Below, in pieces: positions 27,579-34,819 of a stretch of DNA of 47,844 nucleotides (positions are counted from its first letter, which is position 1; each line of letters opens with the position of its first letter). The notes under the pieces were generated by a model that was not told the origin of the DNA, searched no databases, and saw only the letters and a list, made by a program, of their open reading frames with translations. The position numbers and the translations under genes are program-made. Source of the DNA: an uncultured Methanosarcinales archaeon (GTDB lineage: Archaea; Nanobdellota; Nanobdellia; Woesearchaeales; GW2011-AR9); contig CAYIEF010000005.1 in NCBI GenBank assembly GCA_964362365.1, positions 1-47,844 of the forward strand. The letters run 5' to 3'.

Positions 27579-28439
27579 ATGTTCCAACGCTTTTCACACA
27601 GTTTTCAATTGGTTAAAGAAAGTTTCGCCGTATTGAAGAAAGACAAAGAGATCATGCTCTTCCCCATTCTTTCAGGAATATTAAGCGTTCTGGCATTAAT
27701 TTCCTTATTTATTCCCTTCACCATAATTTCTTTAGCAAATGATTTCTCGCCGTCACTTTTTTATACCTTGCTCTTCGTCTATTACGTCATTACTTCCTTC
27801 ATCGTCATCTTCTTCAACACTGGCCTAATTACTTGCGCGCATATGCGCTTAAATGGTAAAGATCCGACGTTTAAAGACGGACTAAAACACGCCTGGAAGC
27901 ATGTTGGCAATATTTTTATCTGGTCGTTGATTTCCGCTACGGTGGGATTAATCTTGCGCATGATTGTAGATAGGATAGAAAATAGTGAACGTCTTGGCCC
28001 GATCGGAAAAATAGTGGGAATGATTTTCATCGGCCTCTTAGGCATGGCCTGGAGTTTTTTGACTTTCTTTGTCATTCCAGTTATGGTTTTTGAAAATAGG
28101 AACGCCTTTGAATCCATTAAACATTCCGGCTCGCTCTTCAAAAAAACCTGGGGAGAAAATGTTATTGGACAATTTTCTATGGGTTTAATTTTTGGATTAT
28201 TATTCCTAGTCGGTGCGGGAGCAATCTTAGTAGCCTTCCTTACTGGCTCATTTCCAGTAATTCTGATTGTGGGGGGATTAACCCTGCTTTACTTCACTCT
28301 TCTGGTAATTGTAAGCACTAGTCTGAATGGAATCTTCGTTGCCGCCATGTATAATTATGCTAAAACAGGAAAAGTACCTGCTGCGTACAGTCCAGAACTA
28401 GTAAAAGGAGCTTTTAGAGCCAAGAGAGGCGGAATTTAA
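27579..28439 (+). CDS. Conserved integral membrane protein (DUF6159-like)
   Basis: SFQLVKESFAVLKKDKEIMLFP, FFVIPVMVFE and SGSLFKKTWGE patterns with ~6 TMs. Start moved to MFQRFS to clear the tRNA. Confidence 0.8.
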   Translation: MFQRFSHSFQLVKESFAVLKKDKEIMLFPILSGILSVLALISLFIPFTIISLANDFSPSLFYTLLFVYYVITSFIVIFFNTGLITCAHMRLNGKDPTFKDGLKHAWKHVGNIFIWSLISATVGLILRMIVDRIENSERLGPIGKIVGMIFIGLLGMAWSFLTFFVIPVMVFENRNAFESIKHSGSLFKKTWGENVIGQFSMGLIFGLLFLVGAGAILVAFLTGSFPVILIVGGLTLLYFTLLVIVSTSLNGIFVAAMYNYAKTGKVPAAYSPELVKGAFRAKRGGI

Positions 28440-28846
28440 TTTCCTAGATGTTTTCTTAAGTCAAAACCTTGCTTTTGTAAATTTTCTATAGGGAGGAATA
28501 CTGGTTTAGGCATCTTGTTCCATTCAAACCAGCCCCATTGTTCAATTTTATCTGGTTCCATAATTGTAACGGTTCCAGCATCATGCTCGGCAAGCATAAA
28601 GACAGTGATATAATGCTTCTTTTCCTTTTGGAACTTGTCATTAGTAATAGATACAAAACGTACGTTCTTAATGGCAATGCCTAACTCTTCCGTAGCTTCT
28701 CGTTTGGCGCATTCTTCTAGGTCTTCATGGAATTCCAAATGCCCTCCGGGAAAACCCCACGTGCCTTCGCCATGCGCATTCTTGCGTTTATGCATCAGAA
28801 TCTTATTATCCTTTACCACCATAACTCCTACTTTTGGACGTTCCAT
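28436..28846 (-). CDS. NUDIX hydrolase (NUDT15/MutT-like)
   Basis: Nudix box GGHLEFHEDLEECAKREATEELGI, plus HYITVFM and MEPDK. Confidence 0.93.
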   Translation of the reverse strand: MERPKVGVMVVKDNKILMHKRKNAHGEGTWGFPGGHLEFHEDLEECAKREATEELGIAIKNVRFVSITNDKFQKEKKHYITVFMLAEHDAGTVTIMEPDKIEQWGWFEWNKMPKPVFLPIENLQKQGFDLRKHLGN

Positions 28847-28914
28847 GATGAGAAAAATTTCTTAAGAATATAAATTAATTGTGGTTTTACTGAATATAAT
28901 TGATAACTAAAATA

Positions 28915-29244
28915 TTACACCAACTCAACTGCAATCTTATTCTTTCCTTCAGGATGGATAATGACTTCATCTTCTTTCTTGATTTTCATAAATTTAGCTA
29001 CGGACTCAGGTATCCTGACGATTAAAGAGTTGCCAGAGTAAGAGACTTTACTTTTCTTGCTTAATCCAAATAAGCCTTTCTTTTTCTCAAGTTCTTGAAT
29101 TTTTGTGCTGGTTTCTTCATCAAACCATTGTTCGCCACAGGCATCACAAACTTGCGCCGGAAACACGCCTAACTCAATTCCATAAACGCTATAAGGTACT
29201 TTTTTATGATGTAAATTTCCTTCTTCGCAGATTGGGCATTTCAT
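28915..29244 (-). CDS. YgiT-type zinc finger fused to an AbrB/MazE DNA-binding domain (antitoxin-like)
   Basis: MKCPIC...VCDACGEQWFD, then SGNSLIVRIP...IKKEDEVII. ATGA overlap with the upstream gene. Confidence 0.85.
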   Translation of the reverse strand: MKCPICEEGNLHHKKVPYSVYGIELGVFPAQVCDACGEQWFDEETSTKIQELEKKKGLFGLSKKSKVSYSGNSLIVRIPESVAKFMKIKKEDEVIIHPEGKNKIAVELV

Positions 29245-29441
29245 CGTATCATCACCGTTATGACAAAAACTTTATCTTTTGTTTTTTTGTATACTACTCT
29301 TATATGCATGAAGTCTGAAACAAGCTTGTTCTTTTCTTGTAAGTGTTTTGCTCCTTGCTGAATTGCTTTTCTAATCTCATTTATGCTTATCCCTCTTTCA
29401 CGGGCTTGCTCCAACGCATGCTTGCCCATCACTATTTCCAT
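29241..29441 (-). CDS. DUF4258-like (RelE-fold) putative toxin
   Basis: KHALEQARERGIS...IRVVY...VITVM pattern. RBS ggagtga. Confidence 0.8.
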   Translation of the reverse strand: MEIVMGKHALEQARERGISINEIRKAIQQGAKHLQEKNKLVSDFMHIRVVYKKTKDKVFVITVMIR

Positions 29442-29455
29442 TCAAATCACTCCTG

Positions 29456-29473
29456 TCACTTACATATAAGTGA
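29456..29473. promoter_or_regulatory. Palindromic operator upstream of the DUF4258/YgiT-AbrB pair
   Basis: TCACTTA-CATA-TAAGTGA lies between the TATA box (tttatata on minus, ~29478-29485) and the RBS. Confidence 0.55.
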
Positions 29474-29490
29474 GGATATATAAATCTTTC

Positions 29491-30948
29491 CTAATTATTT
29501 ACAATTTCCCCTACAATACTTCTCAACATATAATCAACCACTTTAACTTTAATTCTCTTATTCAACGGCAGTCTTCCTTTTACTCCTATTACTAACGGAT
29601 ATGTTCCCATCTGCCGGCAGAAGGTCGTTTTCCCATCGTACATTTCCGTAAAAACATCAGTAATGATTGTTCCTTTGGGTAAAATTCTTTCTAACATGGG
29701 ATAATCAATCTTCTGCCGGATTTCATTCCGCCATTTCCAGTAATACTGCTTGTTCTTTTTTAAATATTTAGTCCCACCGTGCTTTTCCAGATAGGTATTA
29801 GGCAATACCGCCACTTGACGAATGTTAATTCTGCGCAGCATCAATCCTTCGGCCATAACTTGCTGCAATGCTTCCATATTTTTCTTAGGTGTTTCCTTTG
29901 TTTCGCCTAAAAGGCCAAAAATAATATTTATCCCCGGCAGAAATTTAGGTAATCCATTTTCTCCACGTTCTGCGCCGTACTTGTTAATAATACGAATTGC
30001 TTTCAGGGCCATTGCTGGAGTAGTATTCAGCAAATTCTCTTTTACTACAACTGGATCAAAACTTTCCACGCCGAAGGCAGCAATATTCCCGGCTGTGCAA
30101 TACTCCACAATTGCTTTGGTAATCTCTTCTCCTCCCGGCGCGACTACGGAATTTGGGTTGACATTGTCTATCTGCAATACTTCAATCTCCGGGCATTCTT
30201 TTCGTATCCTTTGCAGCAACTCGATTGGCCTGTCAGATGCATAGAAATCGGCCTGCTTTCCCAGACGGAAATATCGCGCTCCATGCTGGTAATATTCTTT
30301 TACTTCTGCAACAACCGATTCCATCTTTCTATTAACAAATCTGCTCTTAATCGGTTCGGTGCAGAAGCTGCATTTGCCAACTTTGCATCCCCTGCCGGTT
30401 TCAATTTCAACCATTACTCGGTAAGGGATGTGTTGAAGAATTTCCGCACCCGCCAAAGCAAATTTGTCAAGCTCATCGAATGATACACCATAATCCTTAA
30501 CCTCAAAACCATGCTGCACTTTTTCATAGAATTTTCCGCCTTCTAATTGCGTTCCAAAGACTGCCGGACCAGTAAGGATTTTTTTGCAGGGAAGATCTTG
30601 AAGCAACGGAACAACTTCCCGTAATGTTCCTGGCAATGCGGTGAGATATTTTCCGGGAACGTGAACCCCAAGAACAATGACCAGAACATCAGTTTTTGGC
30701 AGAGCTTCAAAGGCCTTGTTTTTAGTTAAGTTATATGTCTGAATATTGGTTTTTTCTTTTTCAGAAGGTTCTTTTTTGACATTGTTGTATCTCTTCCATA
30801 AACGCAAATCGTCAATAGTTAGGTAGGCAACATCATGCCCTTCGGTCTTCAACTGCCCGTAAATATATCTTGGATACGTTCCTAAATATGGCGGTACACC
30901 TAATCCGGAAGCCTCGTCAGTGTAGCAGTCTAGGATGGTGTAGTTCAT
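29491..30948 (-). CDS. Archaeal radical SAM protein (COG1031-like) with a C-terminal TRAM-like region
   Basis: DCYTDEASGLGVPPYLG N-terminal signature, EIETGRGC-x4-CSFCTEP cluster motif, FRLG and LRRINIRQV. Confidence 0.88.
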   Translation of the reverse strand: MNYTILDCYTDEASGLGVPPYLGTYPRYIYGQLKTEGHDVAYLTIDDLRLWKRYNNVKKEPSEKEKTNIQTYNLTKNKAFEALPKTDVLVIVLGVHVPGKYLTALPGTLREVVPLLQDLPCKKILTGPAVFGTQLEGGKFYEKVQHGFEVKDYGVSFDELDKFALAGAEILQHIPYRVMVEIETGRGCKVGKCSFCTEPIKSRFVNRKMESVVAEVKEYYQHGARYFRLGKQADFYASDRPIELLQRIRKECPEIEVLQIDNVNPNSVVAPGGEEITKAIVEYCTAGNIAAFGVESFDPVVVKENLLNTTPAMALKAIRIINKYGAERGENGLPKFLPGINIIFGLLGETKETPKKNMEALQQVMAEGLMLRRINIRQVAVLPNTYLEKHGGTKYLKKNKQYYWKWRNEIRQKIDYPMLERILPKGTIITDVFTEMYDGKTTFCRQMGTYPLVIGVKGRLPLNKRIKVKVVDYMLRSIVGEIVNN

Positions 30949-31031
30949 GAGATAATATTTTAGTCGATTTTTTATAAATATATGCTAGAATAGGGATAAT
31001 TATTTATAGTGAAATAACAGCACTTGAAAAC

Positions 31032-31538
31032 ATGGTTAATTCACGATTATACGCTGGTCTTGTGGCAGTGATGCTCAGCTCCTGCTTCTCAAAACCAGAT
31101 GCTTTGGAAGAAGGGCTTCATCCCGGAATTGCTGATGCTGTCAAATTGGCGCTTTGCGGCTCCTTAGATATTCAGCAAAAATTAGGATTTAAAACTAGTT
31201 TTGTCTCCGATGAAGTGGAGTTGTGTTACGGAATTGATTCAAATAATTCCAGCGCTTTTGAGAATCTTGGTCCCTGTAAGCCCATCGAAGGCAGCATTGG
31301 TTTTTCCCGTTACCTCAACGGCCCAGAGAAAGATGTAATGCAGATGGTCATAGTCATTAGTTCGAATGGCGATTATCTGCCGTTTTGGCGGGATTCTTCA
31401 GGAAATATTTCTAGTATGATGTTTACTCCCATTCCAGAAGATGCCAAAGAGCGGTTTGATTTTGGAGTTTCAGAATTGAACAAAGTAAAAAGAAAGGCCG
31501 ATGTTTGTGAAGCTTTACTAAAATATACGCCGGAATAA
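31032..31538 (+). CDS. Hypothetical lipoprotein
   Basis: Short hydrophobic signal with LSSC lipobox. TATA tttata about 25 nt upstream. Confidence 0.65.
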   Translation: MVNSRLYAGLVAVMLSSCFSKPDALEEGLHPGIADAVKLALCGSLDIQQKLGFKTSFVSDEVELCYGIDSNNSSAFENLGPCKPIEGSIGFSRYLNGPEKDVMQMVIVISSNGDYLPFWRDSSGNISSMMFTPIPEDAKERFDFGVSELNKVKRKADVCEALLKYTPE

Positions 31539-31595
31539 GAATCCTGCGTTATTATGATAGATATTTTATAAAAGTTGCTTAAAATATAATAAATA

Positions 31596-31988
31596 TTAAC
31601 TCCAACCGAAAGTGTGTTCATATAAAGTGGAGTTACACTTTGTGCAACTGTATTTAACTCCTTGTCTTCCAGAAAGGACTCTTATGGTGTTATAAGATTC
31701 TATCTCAGGTGGTCCAATAACAATCCCTTTGCAACCATCCTTACACTCATAAGCTACATGCTCTTGTTTATTTAGTATTTTCTTATTTGCCGAATATACT
31801 TTGACGTCTTCCATAAAACTATCAGTATTTTCATAACAATCTCCGTTATATCTATCTTTTGGCAATTTTTCTTGTAAGTTGTCAAGAGAAGCAACAACTG
31901 TTCCGGTTAATTCATCTGCTCTGCGCCAATCAAATCTCAGCATATCGGCCATCGCTTTTTCAAGGGACATTCTAAATTTAGAACGCAT
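31596..31988 (-). CDS. Hypothetical protein with a C-terminal zinc ribbon
   Basis: CKDGC...CTKC motifs. Start uncertain (31988 or a downstream Met). Confidence 0.65.
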   Translation of the reverse strand: MRSKFRMSLEKAMADMLRFDWRRADELTGTVVASLDNLQEKLPKDRYNGDCYENTDSFMEDVKVYSANKKILNKQEHVAYECKDGCKGIVIGPPEIESYNTIRVLSGRQGVKYSCTKCNSTLYEHTFGWS

Positions 31989-32043
31989 TTTATTTTTAAG
32001 TATTTAGATAGTCTAGAATAGAAAATTATAATTATTCCTAGAA

Positions 32044-32469
32044 TTATTTTTTCCGTCGTGCTTTCGGCAGCAGAGAATTTACTTTTTTGACTACTTCATC
32101 AATAGAATACGGTTGGGCAAGGCAATGGAAAGCCCGCTTTTCTATCCAATTTTCAATTTCATCTTTAATCTCTGCATCAGCAAGTATGATTATGGGTGTT
32201 TCTTTTTTTTCAAAATAAGGAGTGATGGTATGTTTAAAATGCTCTGCTCTAACCTCAGGCAGCCAGTTTTCTCCATAAGATTTTGTATCATAGACGACGA
32301 GGTCGTATTTTTGCGGCAATAACCGGGAATCTTTACATCGCGATATTTCAAACACAAATCCCAGGAAATCATTGAGGTATTCGACCTTATGCTTTTTTCT
32401 TAACCTAGCGACCAAATTATTTTCTTCTTCCCGTTCCGTTTCCGGCGCGCCGTAGAGGATTCGTGCCAT
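32044..32469 (-). CDS. Atypical receiver (REC-like) domain protein
   Basis: ARILY...YDLVVYD...TPIIILA...AQPYSIDEVVKKVNSLL follows receiver topology, with KP replaced by QP. Confidence 0.7.
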   Translation of the reverse strand: MARILYGAPETEREEENNLVARLRKKHKVEYLNDFLGFVFEISRCKDSRLLPQKYDLVVYDTKSYGENWLPEVRAEHFKHTITPYFEKKETPIIILADAEIKDEIENWIEKRAFHCLAQPYSIDEVVKKVNSLLPKARRKK

Positions 32470-32894
32470 TATGGTGAAGGCTTAACACCTAAGAGTTCAT
32501 TAACTTTGTGAACTACCTGTTCAATTTGATAAGGCTGATCTATCTGTACCAATCCAGCTTTTTCTACCAGTGGATGTAGATTTTTGGCAATTTCAGGTTC
32601 AGCGAGTATAATGACTGGCACTCCCAGCTTGGAAAGATATGCAGGTTCACCTATCTCAAAACACTCTAGTTTCTTTTCTACTGTGGCTGAGGGATAAATA
32701 AGATCTGTATCGTACAACAACAGGTTATATCTCTCAGGTAATGCAACTAATGGTGTCTTAGCAATTTCCCAGAACATAGCTTGATGATCGTTCTTGACAT
32801 ATTTTACTTCATGTTCTTGGCGAAGCCGTGCTACTAAATCATCGTGAATGTCTTTTCGTTGCCCATGCGGTCCGCCTACCAGAATCTTGGCCAT
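32469..32894 (-). CDS. Atypical receiver (REC-like) domain protein, paralog of 32044..32469
   Basis: AKILV...YNLLLYD...VPVIILA...DQPYQIEQVVHKVNELL. Start moved to MAKILV. TAATG coupling to the downstream paralog. Confidence 0.7.
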   Translation of the reverse strand: MAKILVGGPHGQRKDIHDDLVARLRQEHEVKYVKNDHQAMFWEIAKTPLVALPERYNLLLYDTDLIYPSATVEKKLECFEIGEPAYLSKLGVPVIILAEPEIAKNLHPLVEKAGLVQIDQPYQIEQVVHKVNELLGVKPSP

Positions 32895-33022
32895 TTTTTT
32901 TCTTAAAATATACGGTAGATATAAACATTGTGCGTAACTCATTCAAAGGCAAGCCTTTGGGGTTTCTGAAATGCTTAAATTTTCAGAAACTTTAAAAAGA
33001 ACTTTAAGTTTGAGCTCATAAC

Positions 33023-33184
33023 GGCCCCGTAGCTTAGTTCGGTGGAGCGCACGACTGATAATCGTGAGGTCCGGTGTTCAAATGCAAGTGTCACGCCACT
33101 TGAGAGGCGGAGCGACTGCGCTCACTGCGTTCGCTTAGTCACTTAAAATAATCGTGACAATTGAGGAAAGTCACCGCGGGGCCA
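33023..33184 (+). tRNA. tRNA-Ile(GAT) with an 88-nt T-loop intron (59/60: 33083-33170)
   Basis: Acceptor GGCCCCG/CGGGGCC; anticodon arm CACGA CTGATAA TCGTG; T-stem CGGTG/CACCG. Relaxed BHB helix TTCA/GGAA (one mismatch) with bulges AA|T and AG|T. Confidence 0.93.
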
Positions 33185-33299
33185 CTTTTTCCTTTGAAAA
33201 ATAGTAATCTGCCCAAGAACCTGGCTATATATCACTTCTCTCTAGAGAAAATATACCTCTTTCATAAGCTTTAAAAGGGTAATACTAGTTCATAATGAA

Positions 33300-33608
33300 A
33301 TGGTTAAAATAGAAGAAAAATCGGCAGAAGAAAAAGCTAAAGAGGAAAAATGTAAAACTTTAGCGGATATCACCAGAGAAATGTTTAGAGAAAATCCATT
33401 ATATAGTGTTAGAGATAGCACACCTTATTTCATTAATGTTATTACTCGCGGAGAAAGGTTAAGTGATATCAATGTAGTTATACACGTTAATGTTATGCGG
33501 AACAGGATAAGTGTAGATGAGCATGAATATTTTCAAGACGCTTTACGCTTAGCAGAAATGTACGAATCTAAAACGGGCCAAGAATTTACCTTGAAGAAAA
33601 AGTATTAG
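33300..33608 (+). CDS. Hypothetical protein
   Basis: 102-aa ORF with TATA (tttaaa, ~33270) at leaderless spacing. Confidence 0.65.
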   Translation: MVKIEEKSAEEKAKEEKCKTLADITREMFRENPLYSVRDSTPYFINVITRGERLSDINVVIHVNVMRNRISVDEHEYFQDALRLAEMYESKTGQEFTLKKKY

Positions 33609-33725
33609 TTTTCTAGTAAGTTTAAATATTATTCTCAATACTATATTTCTCTGTCTCTAAATCTTTAAATATCGCTTTCATCAGCATTACTCAAGAGGGG
33701 TAGTATATATCAGGGGTGTATAATA

Positions 33726-34775
33726 ATGAAAAAAGTAGTGAGTGTAATGGTTAGCATAGTACTTTTACTGTTTCTCATCGGTTGTGTCAACTATAAAACT
33801 CAACCAAGTTCTCAACAAAATTCAGAAGATTCACGATTAATAGACGAGATTGCCAAAATTGAACAAGAATTGCAGTTAGAAAATAAGCCTGCAGCAACAG
33901 AAAAGGACTTCCCAGACGTAGAGAAGACAGAAGTCGAAGAAGAAGTAGTTCTTCCCGAACTAACAGAGGGATCTACCCTGGAAGAATCTACAAATACTGA
34001 ACCTACAAATACTGAAGATCTACAGGTCATTGAAGTTGATGAAAATGAGATGGTTAAACTCAATGTAAAAGTATCTGATCCAGACCAAGATTCGATTGAA
34101 TATACTTTTACACCTCCCTTAAACAAGGTAGGGCAGTGGAAAACCAATTATGGGGATGCAGGAGAATATCTGGTGTCTCTTACCGCAACTGACGGCAAAC
34201 TAACTACGGAAAAGCAACTTAAGATAGTGGTCAACAGAGTAAATGTGCCTCCAGTAGTTAGTGGTGTAGCTGATCTTCACGTTAAAGAAGGAGAAGTTGT
34301 AAGCTTCAATCCAGTGGTATCCGATCCTAATGGAGATGAAGTGACTGTTACTATCTCTGAACCTTTGCAGAGTGGTACTTTCAAGACAGATCACACCAGC
34401 GCAGGAGAATATCAGGTAAAAGTAGTCGCCAGCGATGGCGAATTACAGACCGAAAAGAGTGTAGTCTTGCTGGTTGATGATGTCAATGAGCTTCCAGTGC
34501 TGACTAATCTTCAGGATCTCGTAGTTAAAGAAGGAGAACTAGTCACAGTAAGACCTACAGTTTCCGATCTTGACCAAGATGAAGTGACCGTAACCATCAG
34601 CGAACCTGTTGGTGATAAAGGAGTATGGAAAACCAGTTATACCGACCATGGTGAATACTTTGTCACGGTTACGGCGAATGACGGCAAGGGCGTGGTCACT
34701 AAGAAAGTGAAGGTAGTTGTTGAAGATGTCAACATGCCCCCAGAAATAATTGAGGTAAAATTAGCCGTGAATTGA
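33726..34775 (+). CDS. Lipoprotein with three Ig/cadherin-like repeats
   Basis: Lipobox LIGC, acidic linker, and repeats of V-x-E-x-E...SDPD...W-x-T-x-Y-x-D-x-GEY...A-x-DG...VNxxP. Confidence 0.85.
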   Translation: MKKVVSVMVSIVLLLFLIGCVNYKTQPSSQQNSEDSRLIDEIAKIEQELQLENKPAATEKDFPDVEKTEVEEEVVLPELTEGSTLEESTNTEPTNTEDLQVIEVDENEMVKLNVKVSDPDQDSIEYTFTPPLNKVGQWKTNYGDAGEYLVSLTATDGKLTTEKQLKIVVNRVNVPPVVSGVADLHVKEGEVVSFNPVVSDPNGDEVTVTISEPLQSGTFKTDHTSAGEYQVKVVASDGELQTEKSVVLLVDDVNELPVLTNLQDLVVKEGELVTVRPTVSDLDQDEVTVTISEPVGDKGVWKTSYTDHGEYFVTVTANDGKGVVTKKVKVVVEDVNMPPEIIEVKLAVN

Positions 34776-34819
34776 TTTTTTGTTTTTTCAGCGATCTTTG
34801 AGGAAAAGATCAAAACAAA

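Noticed and set aside
33185-33725. tRNA-anchored integrated element (att duplication) after tRNA-Ile or the other tRNAs
   Set aside because: No duplicated tRNA 3' end and no integrase was found in the window.
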